This document shows positions 18,674 through 27,827 of a stretch of DNA of 64,000 nucleotides, in pieces; positions within the stretch are counted from its first letter, which is position 1; each line of letters begins with the position of its first letter. The DNA is from an uncultured Candidatus Saccharibacteria bacterium (GTDB taxonomy: Bacteria > Patescibacteriota > Minisyncoccia > Phycocordibacterales > UBA5272). The position numbers and the translations under genes are program-made. The notes beneath the pieces are model-generated. The model did not search any database. It was not told where the DNA came from and saw only the letters and a list, made by a program, of their open reading frames with translations. The DNA is taken from NCBI GenBank assembly GCA_964538815.1, contig CAZIHL010000001.1:1070-65069 (forward strand), read 5' to 3'.

Positions 18674-20851
18674 TTAAGTATTTAATTTTGTTATCAATAA
18701 TAAATTATCATTTTCATTTTTTATATCTTTCCAGATCTCTTCTGTAATAAATGGCATAAAAGGATGAAGTGTGATTATTAAATCTCTCAACGTTTGTAAT
18801 AGTGTGGCTTGAGCAGAAATCTTTTCTTGGTTATTTATAATTCTATTTTTTAAATTTTCAATATGTTTATCACAAAATTCATGCCAAAAGTAAGCATATA
18901 TCTTTTCACTTGCAATATGTAGTCTATAATTTTTGATATCTTCCGTGATACTCTTAATATTTTCTCTTACTTCATTTAAGGTATTTTTATCTTCTTCAAA
19001 AGTAATATTTTCAATATAGTTTCCATTTCCTCCATAGTCAGAAGTTTTTTCAAGTACAAATCTTGTAGCATTCCAAATTTTATTTGCAAAATTTTTATAA
19101 GCTTTTATCTTGTCCTCTCCAAGTTTTAAATCATTTCCTGGTCCATTACCAACAATTTGTGCCATACGAAGTGCATCTGCGCCATATTTTTCTATTAAGT
19201 CTCTTGGGTCAAGTGCATTATTCAATGATTTACTCATTTTTCTTCCTTGTGTATCACGAACAAGTCCATGAAGATATGTAGTCTTAAAAGGGATTTCATT
19301 TAATGCATAAGTACTCATCATTATCATACGAGCAACCCAAAAGAAAATTATATCGTGCCCTGTCTCAAGAATATTTGTTGGATGATAAAGTTCTAAGTCG
19401 TTTGTTTTTTCTGGCCAGCCAAGAGTTGAAAATGTCCACATACCACTTGAAAACCAAGTATCGAGAGTATCTTCATCTTGTTTTAAGGTATTGTTTTCAT
19501 TAAAACCAATCGCTTTTATTTCTCCGACTTCGTTATACCAAACAGGTACTCTATGTCCATACCAAATTTGTCTACTAATGCACCAGTCACGTAAATTATT
19601 TACCCAGTGAAAATATACTTTAGAAAATCTTTCTGGAATTATTTCAAGACCTTTCTCTTCTACTGCTTCAAGCATTAATTTTTTAAGAGTAGTCTTTTTA
19701 CCAAAGTGTTCAAATTCTTTATTGACTCCAATAAACCACTGAAGCTTTGGAAGTGGCTCAATAATACCTCCAGTTCTCTCTGCGGTAGAAACATTTTGAG
19801 AAATTTCTTCTTCACTAATCATTAAATCATTTTCTTTCAAATAACTTACAATCATTTCTCTGGCTTCCAAAACTTTCTTACCATCAAACTCTGAATTTGT
19901 ATTTATGATTTTTGCATATTCGTTTATTATCTGCTTTTTTGGTAAGTCATGTCTCTCTGCTATTTCCCAGTCTATTTGAGAGTGGGCAGGGGTTACACCT
20001 AGTGCTCCAGTACCAAAATCTTTATCTACTTCTTTATCAGCAATAATTTTAATTTCAAGTGGAACGCCACAAAAGTTTATATTAAAAGTTTTATCTATAT
20101 ATTGTATATATCTTTCATCTCCAGGATTAACAGCGACAGCAGTATCACCAATTTTTGTTTCTGGTCTTGTAGTGGATATCGGTATAGGGAAGCCTTTTGA
20201 ATACTTAAAAGTATATAGCATTGCTTTTCTTTCTTCATGTACTATTTCATCATCTGAAATCACAGTTTGTCCTTTTGGATCCCAGTTTACTATTCTATGA
20301 CCTCTATAAATAAGTCCATCATCATACATTTTTTTAAACATTGTATTTACTGCAAGATTTCTTTTATCATCTAGTGTGAAAGCAAGACGAGACCAGTCAA
20401 GACTAGCTCCCATAGATTTAAATTGATTTAAAATAGTATTTTGTGATTCAAGAGCGAAGGTATTTATCCTATTTAGCATTTCTTCTCTACCGAGGTCATG
20501 TCTACTTTTTCCTTCTTTTTTTTGAATCTTTTTCTCTACCACTGACTGGGTAGCAATAGCTGCATGGTCTGTTCCTGGAAGCCAAAGAGTTCTGTATCCA
20601 TTCATTCTATAGTATCTGGTAATAGTATCTTGGATAGAAAGCATTAGAGAGTGTCCTGTATGAAGTGTGCCTGTTACATTTGGCGGGGGGAGAATTATAG
20701 AAAAAGTCTTTTCTTTTCCTTCACTATCTTTTAGTATGTTTTTTAGATTATCAGGATTAAAATATCCAGAATCTTCCCATTCTTTATATATATTATTTTC
20801 TACGCTTTCCGCACTGTAGGCGCTTAGGAATTTCTCCGGTACTTTTTTCAT
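18674..20851 (-). CDS. valS: Valine--tRNA ligase (lacks the C-terminal coiled-coil arm)
   Basis: PPPNVTGTLHTGH (HIGH), DWCISRQIWYGH, KMSKS; 725 aa. Confidence 0.96.
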   Translation of the reverse strand: MKKVPEKFLSAYSAESVENNIYKEWEDSGYFNPDNLKNILKDSEGKEKTFSIILPPPNVTGTLHTGHSLMLSIQDTITRYYRMNGYRTLWLPGTDHAAIATQSVVEKKIQKKEGKSRHDLGREEMLNRINTFALESQNTILNQFKSMGASLDWSRLAFTLDDKRNLAVNTMFKKMYDDGLIYRGHRIVNWDPKGQTVISDDEIVHEERKAMLYTFKYSKGFPIPISTTRPETKIGDTAVAVNPGDERYIQYIDKTFNINFCGVPLEIKIIADKEVDKDFGTGALGVTPAHSQIDWEIAERHDLPKKQIINEYAKIINTNSEFDGKKVLEAREMIVSYLKENDLMISEEEISQNVSTAERTGGIIEPLPKLQWFIGVNKEFEHFGKKTTLKKLMLEAVEEKGLEIIPERFSKVYFHWVNNLRDWCISRQIWYGHRVPVWYNEVGEIKAIGFNENNTLKQDEDTLDTWFSSGMWTFSTLGWPEKTNDLELYHPTNILETGHDIIFFWVARMIMMSTYALNEIPFKTTYLHGLVRDTQGRKMSKSLNNALDPRDLIEKYGADALRMAQIVGNGPGNDLKLGEDKIKAYKNFANKIWNATRFVLEKTSDYGGNGNYIENITFEEDKNTLNEVRENIKSITEDIKNYRLHIASEKIYAYFWHEFCDKHIENLKNRIINNQEKISAQATLLQTLRDLIITLHPFMPFITEEIWKDIKNENDNLLLITKLNT

Positions 20852-20921
20852 AGTTGTGTATAACTTTATAGCCTTATATTATCATATTTTCTTTTTGTGA
20901 TAAAATTCATAGATATTAAAA

Positions 20922-21494
20922 ATGTTTATGAAAAAGCAAGATAAGATTTTAAAGAAAGTTTCACCAATGTCAAAAAAACTGACAAAGGCTCTAAGTAAGA
21001 ATGCTTCTAAGAGTGTAGTCGAAAAAAAAGTTTCAGCTAAGAAAGGAATTAATGCAGCAGATAAGTATTATTTACCAGATCATCATTTTAAAAAAGTAAA
21101 AGTAAAGAAAGGTATAAATGGGCTTGGGCTTTTTGCGGGAGAAGATATTAAAAAAGGAGAACTTATAATAGAATATATTGGAAACATATTAACTGACGCG
21201 GAGACAGATAAAATTCCAGACAGTAGATATATCTTTTCAATTTCTAAAAATCATAATATAGATGGGACTCCAAGATGGAACATTGCAAGATATTGTAATC
21301 ATTCTTGTGATCCAAATTCTGAAAGTGATGTTAAAAAGAAAAGAGTATTTGTAAAAGCTATAAAAAATATAAAAGAAGGGGAAGAGATTTGTTATGATTA
21401 TGGAGAAGAATATTTTGTAGAATTTTTAAAAGGACATTGTATGTGTGGTGCCGAGAAACATCTTTATAGTGATGAACCAAAGAAAGAGAAATAA
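20922..21494 (+). CDS. SET-domain protein-lysine methyltransferase
   Basis: GLGLFA (motif I), ARYCNHSCDPN, EEICYDYG, post-SET CMCGAEKH; Lys-rich N-terminal extension. Confidence 0.92.
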   Translation: MFMKKQDKILKKVSPMSKKLTKALSKNASKSVVEKKVSAKKGINAADKYYLPDHHFKKVKVKKGINGLGLFAGEDIKKGELIIEYIGNILTDAETDKIPDSRYIFSISKNHNIDGTPRWNIARYCNHSCDPNSESDVKKKRVFVKAIKNIKEGEEICYDYGEEYFVEFLKGHCMCGAEKHLYSDEPKKEK

Positions 21495-21759
21495 TAAAAT
21501 AAATGTAAATTGCCCCGCGCCTTCGGCGCGAGATAATTTTTAAAAAGAATTTCCATTTTAAAATTTTTTATAAGATTAAAAAATATTTTTTATTTTATTC
21601 TTAAATTTATTTTTTAAAATTTTATTTTAAAAAATAAAAAATAACTTAAAAAATTTTTAAACGATTTGTAATTTTAAAATATATTTTTATTTTTATAAAA
21701 ACAAAAAATAATTTTAAAAAATTTTTTTAAGTTATCCACAAATTTTTTTTATAAAAGTA

Positions 21760-21788
21760 TTGTGAAAATTTTTTTGTGATGAGATAAT
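21760..21788 (+). promoter_or_regulatory. Putative sigma70 promoter of the H1-like peptide gene, with a DnaA box at 21732-21740
   Basis: TTGTGA-17 bp-GATAAT with TG extension; TTATCCACA about 20 bp upstream. Confidence 0.5.
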
Positions 21789-21872
21789 TATATTAGAGAG
21801 GCAAGATCAAAGGTCCAAGATCAAAAATTAAAAGCGCACTCTCAAGTATTCAATACTTTAAAAAATAAAATT

Positions 21873-21974
21873 ATGGTAGCAAAGAAAAAAGCTGCAAAAA
21901 AAGTTGCAAAGAAAAAAGTTGCTAAAAAAGCAACAAAAAAAGTTGCAAAGAAAAAAGTAGCAAAAAGAAAATAA
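21873..21974 (+). CDS. Histone H1-like Lys/Ala-rich peptide (33 aa; not in ORF track)
   Basis: MVAKKKAAKKVAKKKVAKKATKKVAKKKVAKRK* (17 Lys, 1 Arg, no acidic residues). Synonymous variation between repeats (GCA/GCT, GTT/GTA, AAG/AAA). Own promoter and terminator. Confidence 0.85.
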   Translation: MVAKKKAAKKVAKKKVAKKATKKVAKKKVAKRK

Positions 21975-21989
21975 TTGACATATTATTTT

Positions 21990-22031
21990 AACTAAAATCC
22001 TCTGCGTCTCCCACGACAGAGGATTTTAGTT
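21990..22031 (+). terminator. Terminator hairpin after the H1-like peptide gene
   Basis: AACTAAAATCCTCTG...CAGAGGATTTTAGTT 15-bp stem. Confidence 0.75.
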
Positions 22032-22165
22032 TGTAAAATAATATTATAAATAAAGGGTATTATCAATATAATATTATTTTATTTTAATTAAAATAATTGA
22101 GTTATAATATAATTGTGTAGGTAAAAATTTATTAAATTATTAATCTTTTAAATATTAAAGTATAT

Positions 22166-22549
22166 ATGAATATAAAAATAAAAGCTGTAGATATTGAATT
22201 AACAGAAGCAATAAGAAACTATTCTGAAAAGAAAATTGAAGAAGTGATGAAAAAATTTATTAATAAAGACAATATTGGTTCTGTATTAGTGGAATTTGAA
22301 ATCTCAAAAACTAATAAACATCATTTGAATGGAGATATGTATAAAGCTTCAATCCAAATTAAAGGTTTTCATAAAAATATTTTTATAGAAGAAGTCAGAG
22401 ATGATTTATATGTTGCTATAGATGGTTTAAAAGATAAATTAGGAGAAATGTTATCAAATACAAAGACAAAAAAAAGAAGTATTACTCACAAATTAGCAAT
22501 TCGTTTTAAAAATATTTTTAAAAAAGGAAATAATCTATATGAAAAATAA
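22166..22549 (+). CDS. raiA: Ribosome hibernation factor / ribosome-associated inhibitor (HPF/RaiA)
   Basis: MNIKIKAVDIELTEAIRNY..KKI...DDLYVAID..KDKL pattern. Confidence 0.88.
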   Translation: MNIKIKAVDIELTEAIRNYSEKKIEEVMKKFINKDNIGSVLVEFEISKTNKHHLNGDMYKASIQIKGFHKNIFIEEVRDDLYVAIDGLKDKLGEMLSNTKTKKRSITHKLAIRFKNIFKKGNNLYEK

Positions 22550-23177
22550 AATATTAATAATTTTATCTATAATAATAATTTTATTAGCAATATATTTACA
22601 AGTAAAATCTATAAATAAAGATAAAACAAATTTAAAATTTAACAACATAACTAATACACTCAATACAAATTCTAAAGATATGAATAATCAAGAAAGTAAA
22701 AATTATACAAAAGCAATTTTACACACAAATCTTGGAGATATATCATTTGAATTATCGAAAGATAAACCAAAAACAACTGAAAATTTTATAAATTTATCAG
22801 AAAATGGTTTTTATAATGGTGTAAAATTTCATAGAGTTATAAAAGATTTTATGATTCAAACAGGTGATCCGTTATCAAAAGATGATAATCAAAAAATGTA
22901 TTGGGGAACAGGTGGTCCAGGATATAAATTTGCTGATGAGTTAACAGGGTCTGAACAATATATTATAGGTACTGTAGCTATGGCAAATTCAGGGCCAGAC
23001 ACAAATGGTTCTCAATTTTTTATTATGACAAGTAATACTCCACTTCCACCAAGTTATACAGTTTTTGGAAAAGTTATAGTAGGACAAGATGTTGCAATGA
23101 AGATTCAAGAAGTAAAAACTGATACAAATGATAGGCCACTTAGTCCAATCACTATAAATTCTGTAGAATTACAATAA
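22539..23177 (+). CDS. Cyclophilin-type peptidyl-prolyl isomerase with N-terminal TM
   Basis: FHRVIKDFMIQTGDP, AMANSGPDTNGSQFFI, YTVFGKV. Confidence 0.95.
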   Translation: MKNKILIILSIIIILLAIYLQVKSINKDKTNLKFNNITNTLNTNSKDMNNQESKNYTKAILHTNLGDISFELSKDKPKTTENFINLSENGFYNGVKFHRVIKDFMIQTGDPLSKDDNQKMYWGTGGPGYKFADELTGSEQYIIGTVAMANSGPDTNGSQFFIMTSNTPLPPSYTVFGKVIVGQDVAMKIQEVKTDTNDRPLSPITINSVELQ

Positions 23178-23216
23178 ATATTTAAAAATTAAAAAGCTAT
23201 AAAATTTTATAGCTTT

Positions 23217-24107
23217 TTAATTTTTAATATATCCTAATAAAAAACTATTAAAATCTATTTCACTTTTTCCTTCAGGTATAACTTTTTCTATTATTTCTCT
23301 AGCAGTTTTATTTTTTACAAATTCTTTACTTAAATCTATTTTAGATATTTTTACTCGTATTTGTTTATTGTTATGATTTATAAAAAAGAATATTGGGATA
23401 TGTGGCAAAAACGCACGGAATTTATTTTGTACTTCTTTCGCCATATCCTCAAGTTTTATTTCTCCTTCTTTTTTATTAAATTTACGAGTAAAAGTAGCTT
23501 TGATGTGATCTTGTTCAATTGACTTAAGAGCGCCATCAATGTAGTGAGGAAGAATTTGTAAAACAAGTTCTCCACCAACTGCTCCACATTTTCTCTCAAG
23601 AGTTTCATTTGTATCTTCATTCAAAATATCTATTTCTTTTTGTATAAGTATTGGACCATGATCTACTTCTTTATCAAGCTTTATAATACTAATTGCTGTA
23701 CTAGTATCTCCATTTAAAAGAGCTGTCTGGATAGGTGAAGGTCCACGATATTTTGGTAATCTTGATGGATGAATATTTAGTGAGCCAAATTTTGGTAAAT
23801 TTAAAACCTCTTCTTTTAAAATTTTTGGATAACTTGCTACTATTGCGACGTCAAACTCGTCTTCAATAAGAGGCGAAGATTTTATATCTAAATTTTTCAA
23901 GCTTTCTGGTTGCCAATATTTTATATTTTTTGATTCACACCAAGAAGCAATTATGTTTCTATGTAGTTCCATTTTTCTACCACTTCTTTTGTCTGGTGAG
24001 GTTATAACTAAAGAGGGGATTAATTCATTTTGATAAAGTGTAAAAAGACTACTCTCGGCTAGTGGTCCCGTACCCCAAAAAATGTATTTTATATTTTTAT
24101 TTTGCAT
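23217..24107 (-). CDS. fmt: Methionyl-tRNA formyltransferase
   Basis: NIHPSRLPKYRGPSPIQ motif; downstream of def. Confidence 0.93.
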   Translation of the reverse strand: MQNKNIKYIFWGTGPLAESSLFTLYQNELIPSLVITSPDKRSGRKMELHRNIIASWCESKNIKYWQPESLKNLDIKSSPLIEDEFDVAIVASYPKILKEEVLNLPKFGSLNIHPSRLPKYRGPSPIQTALLNGDTSTAISIIKLDKEVDHGPILIQKEIDILNEDTNETLERKCGAVGGELVLQILPHYIDGALKSIEQDHIKATFTRKFNKKEGEIKLEDMAKEVQNKFRAFLPHIPIFFFINHNNKQIRVKISKIDLSKEFVKNKTAREIIEKVIPEGKSEIDFNSFLLGYIKN

Positions 24108-24648
24108 GTAAGTCTTCTGGATTTATCTCTTGAATATTTTCAGCGTGATCTATAAAAAGTATACCGTCTAGGTGATCACATTCATGTTGGAAGATGTGAG
24201 CGATAAGTCCACTTGCACCAAAAGTAAATTTTACCCCATTAAAGTCTTGTGCTTCTATTGTGGCATTTGTATGACGAAGCGTAGTCCCATAAAGAGGGCG
24301 TACAGATAAGCATCCTTCGTCTGCCTCTATCATTTTTTTACTAACTTTTATAATTTTTGGATTTATAAAAATAAGAGGTTTCCATTTTGCAGTTTCTCCT
24401 TTTATTTTATATGCATCTTCTTTTATTACAAAAATTCTTTTTCCTATACCAATTTGTGGAGCCGCAATAGCAACCCCGTCACTTTCTCTATCCATTGCAG
24501 TTTTCATATCATCAAGGGTTTTACGAAGTTCTAATGTCCCAAATTCTTCCTTCTTAACAGGTTCAACTTCTTGTCTTAAGATGTTGCTTTCGTCTATTTT
24601 TTGTTCTTTCTCTTCTTTCCTCCAGTCAATTTGTACTATTTTGACCAT
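24097..24648 (-). CDS. def: Peptide deformylase
   Basis: GVAIAAPQIG, EGCLS, QHECDHLDG. Confidence 0.97.
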   Translation of the reverse strand: MVKIVQIDWRKEEKEQKIDESNILRQEVEPVKKEEFGTLELRKTLDDMKTAMDRESDGVAIAAPQIGIGKRIFVIKEDAYKIKGETAKWKPLIFINPKIIKVSKKMIEADEGCLSVRPLYGTTLRHTNATIEAQDFNGVKFTFGASGLIAHIFQHECDHLDGILFIDHAENIQEINPEDLHAK

Positions 24649-24703
24649 ATATTTAAGCTTATTTTATAAGGGTATTTTAACATAACATTTTGTATTTAGT
24701 AAA

Positions 24704-26674
24704 CTAGTAGATATTCGGTGGATTTATCTCTAATTTAAAATCAGAGAGAAGTGCTGTGATTTTTTTTGCAAATTGAGATGGAATTATTTTTCCATCTTTT
24801 TCTTTTTGCCAAATTTCCTTTTTTATAATCATAGTTGCTATTTGATTATCAGTTTTTTTGTCTATTTTATATGTGATATTTTCCTTTTCCAATTTTTCTT
24901 CTTTAAAAATCTTATCTAATATTTTTTCTATCTCTCCTTTCATTTTAATTTCTTTTTTATCTAGTTTCCATTTTAAAATATTTGAGAATGGGGGAAGTGA
25001 AAGCATTTTGCGAGTTTTGATTTCTTCTTCTAAAAATCCTAAAATGTTTCCATCTTTTATATACTCCCATACACTTTGCTCTGGTAGGCGAGTTTGAACA
25101 ATTATTTTCTCTTTAGTATTTATTCTTTCTTTCATTTCTAAACAAATATTAAATATTTTTTCATCAATATTTATTTCTGGTATAGAAAAAAGTGAATCAA
25201 GGGAAATAATGGCTCCCAGATAGCACTCAAAATCTTTATTTAAAAAGTTTAAAGCCAAATCTGTTCCGATTAAAATACTAGCAGAGCTTTCTTTTTGCCA
25301 ATTTTCTAATATTTTATTTATATCTTTTTTAGTTTTGACATTACTGCTATCAAGTAGAAATGTTTTATATCCAACTTCTTTTAAATTCTTTTCTATACCT
25401 TCTACTCCAACCCCAAGAGTATTCATTCGCCAACTATCACAATTTTGACAAGTGAGATTTTCAGACTTTTTAAGTTCTATTTTGTTTTTGCAATTACTAC
25501 AAATGTAAATTCGTTCATTATTTTCTTTTTTAAAAAGTGTGTATGGTTTTTCACATTTTTCACATTTAAAAATAGTATTACAATCAGCGCAAATAGTCTC
25601 GGTATAAAGTCCTTTTCTTTTTGCATATAGAAATACTTTTCCATTATTTGATTTTATTTTTTCCAATTCTTCTATTAATTTATTAGAAAAATATACAGAG
25701 CTATATTTACTATTCTTTTCTTCCTTTATTTTTCTTATTCTATTTTCTATATCCTCTTTTTCTAGGATATCTTTTGTAAGAGAAATTATTTCAAAATTAT
25801 TTTTCTCATTTTTTCCTAAATAACTTACTTTTTCAAAAGTCTCAAGAGAAAGAATATTTCCACCTAAAATTAAATTTAGATTTAAATCATTTGCTAGTTT
25901 CTTAATAATTTCTCTTGCGTCAATCTGTTTCTTTTTTGTATGAGTAAAATAATTAAAAGAATTTTCTTTTTCTATTATCACACTTTCAAGATTTATTTTT
26001 TCTTTTAAAATAATAGGAAACAGGGAAGGAGTTGAAAGGATTAATAACTTTTCTCTTTCTTTTATTTTTTTTAAATTTTCATTTAATATTTTTTTTGTTT
26101 GTCCAGAATAAAGACTTAAAATATTTTGAGAGTCAAATGATTTTTCTATATATTTTTTAGTTATTTCTAAATCATTGATTGTAGGAAAAAATATAACAGA
26201 GGATTTATTTTCTTTTTCATTTGTTTTTATTTTTTCTAAATATTTTTTATGTCTTTCTTTAAAATTTTCTAAATATATTTCTTCAATATATTTTCTTTTG
26301 TTATTTTCTTTATTTTTTCTATATTTATCTAAAATCCCATTTTCTTTAAAAAGAAATTCAGGCAAATAATTTTCTAGTATCTCACTTTCTTTTACTCCAA
26401 GAAGTATTGCTGATTCTGAAACACTTTTAAAAACTTCCTCGTTTAAAAAATTATCAATAATAATATTTTCTATTTTTTTTATAATAAATTTTGAAGATTT
26501 TATATCTATTTTTTTTTCTTTTAATTCTTTTATGAATCTAACAATACCTAAAATTTTTCTATGTCTAATTTTTATTTCTACAAGTCCTCCTAGAGAAATT
26601 CTTTCACTATGAAAATATGTAAAATAGTTTTCTGGTAATCCTTTAGCTATGGGAATAATCTCTAAAATATACAT
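24704..26674 (-). CDS. priA: Primosomal protein N'-like (PriA), helicase motifs degenerate
   Basis: N-terminal FTY 3'-binding domain, four CxxC pairs, LIGT, VQTR and LPPF motifs; upstream of def-fmt; no Walker A. Confidence 0.8.
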   Translation of the reverse strand: MYILEIIPIAKGLPENYFTYFHSERISLGGLVEIKIRHRKILGIVRFIKELKEKKIDIKSSKFIIKKIENIIIDNFLNEEVFKSVSESAILLGVKESEILENYLPEFLFKENGILDKYRKNKENNKRKYIEEIYLENFKERHKKYLEKIKTNEKENKSSVIFFPTINDLEITKKYIEKSFDSQNILSLYSGQTKKILNENLKKIKEREKLLILSTPSLFPIILKEKINLESVIIEKENSFNYFTHTKKKQIDAREIIKKLANDLNLNLILGGNILSLETFEKVSYLGKNEKNNFEIISLTKDILEKEDIENRIRKIKEEKNSKYSSVYFSNKLIEELEKIKSNNGKVFLYAKRKGLYTETICADCNTIFKCEKCEKPYTLFKKENNERIYICSNCKNKIELKKSENLTCQNCDSWRMNTLGVGVEGIEKNLKEVGYKTFLLDSSNVKTKKDINKILENWQKESSASILIGTDLALNFLNKDFECYLGAIISLDSLFSIPEINIDEKIFNICLEMKERINTKEKIIVQTRLPEQSVWEYIKDGNILGFLEEEIKTRKMLSLPPFSNILKWKLDKKEIKMKGEIEKILDKIFKEEKLEKENITYKIDKKTDNQIATMIIKKEIWQKEKDGKIIPSQFAKKITALLSDFKLEINPPNIY

Positions 26675-26789
26675 AAATTTATTATATCAAAATGATAAAT
26701 TATTATGAAAATTATTTTAACCTATATCTTTATTATTTTGTCAACTTGTTATTTATATGTTAAATTGTATAAAAAGTAATCTTTAAATT

Positions 26790-27803
26790 ATGTCATTTTT
26801 TATTAAAAAATTAGGAATAGATCTAGGTACTTCTAACACTTTAATATATGTTCCACAAAAAGGCATCATTTTAAATGAGCCTTCAGTAGTGGCTGTATCT
26901 AAAGATGATGGAAAAATATTAGCTATAGGAAATAAAGCTAAAGAAATGATAGGAAAAACCCCTGATGAAATAATAGCTTACAGCCCAATAAAAGATGGAA
27001 TAATAGCTAATTATAAAGTTACAGAAATAATGCTTAAATATTATATAAATAAAGCTTTACCTAAGTTAAATATATTTAAACCAGATGTTATGATTTCAGT
27101 ACCTAGCGGTATATCTAGCACAGAAAGAAGAAGTGTTATAGAAGTAGCTATAAAAGCTGGAGCAAAAAATGCTTATATAGTTAAAGAGCCTGTATTAGCG
27201 GCAATTGGGGCAGGTATACCAATACATGAAGCTAGTGGAAGAATAATAGTTGATATTGGAGGAGGGATGACAGATGTGGCTGTAATATCTTTAGGTGGTA
27301 TAGTTTGCTCAAAATCTGTAAAATTTGCAGGAGATAAAATGAATAAGTCTATTATAGATTATATGAAAAAAGCTCACCATCTAATAATAGGATATCAAAC
27401 AGCAGATGAGATGAAAATTGAAATAGGCTCAGCGTTACCCCTAGAAGAAGAAATAATAATGTCTGTTAAAGGCAGGGATACAAATACAGGATTACCAAAA
27501 ACTTTAGAAGTTAAAACAAATGAAATTACAAAAGCCATTGATAAAGAATTAAAACAGATTATTTTGGCTATTAAAAATGTGTTACAAGAAACCCCACCAG
27601 AACTCTCAAGAGATATAATAGATAATGGCATTATTTTAACAGGCGGTTCATCACTGCTTAGATATTTTCCAGAGCTTGTAGAAAGAAGAACTGGTGTGAA
27701 AACTTCACTTGCTAATGATCCTATCTTTTGTGTATCAAAAGGTACAGGTTTAGCATTAACTCATTTAGATGTGTATAAAAAGTCAATTTTGGCAAAAAAA
27801 TAA
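26790..27803 (+). CDS. mreB: Rod shape-determining protein MreB/Mbl paralog 1
   Basis: GIDLGTSNT, NEPSVVA, VDIGGG, LTGGSS. Confidence 0.93.
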   Translation: MSFFIKKLGIDLGTSNTLIYVPQKGIILNEPSVVAVSKDDGKILAIGNKAKEMIGKTPDEIIAYSPIKDGIIANYKVTEIMLKYYINKALPKLNIFKPDVMISVPSGISSTERRSVIEVAIKAGAKNAYIVKEPVLAAIGAGIPIHEASGRIIVDIGGGMTDVAVISLGGIVCSKSVKFAGDKMNKSIIDYMKKAHHLIIGYQTADEMKIEIGSALPLEEEIIMSVKGRDTNTGLPKTLEVKTNEITKAIDKELKQIILAIKNVLQETPPELSRDIIDNGIILTGGSSLLRYFPELVERRTGVKTSLANDPIFCVSKGTGLALTHLDVYKKSILAKK

Positions 27804-27827
27804 AATGTATTTTATTTATTAATTTTT

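Noticed and set aside
21535-21745. Replication origin (AT-rich DUE plus DnaA box)
   Set aside because: Only one box at the tract, no dnaA/dnaN nearby, and gene orientation stays mostly + on both sides with no evident strand switch. Kept only as an unexplained AT tract.
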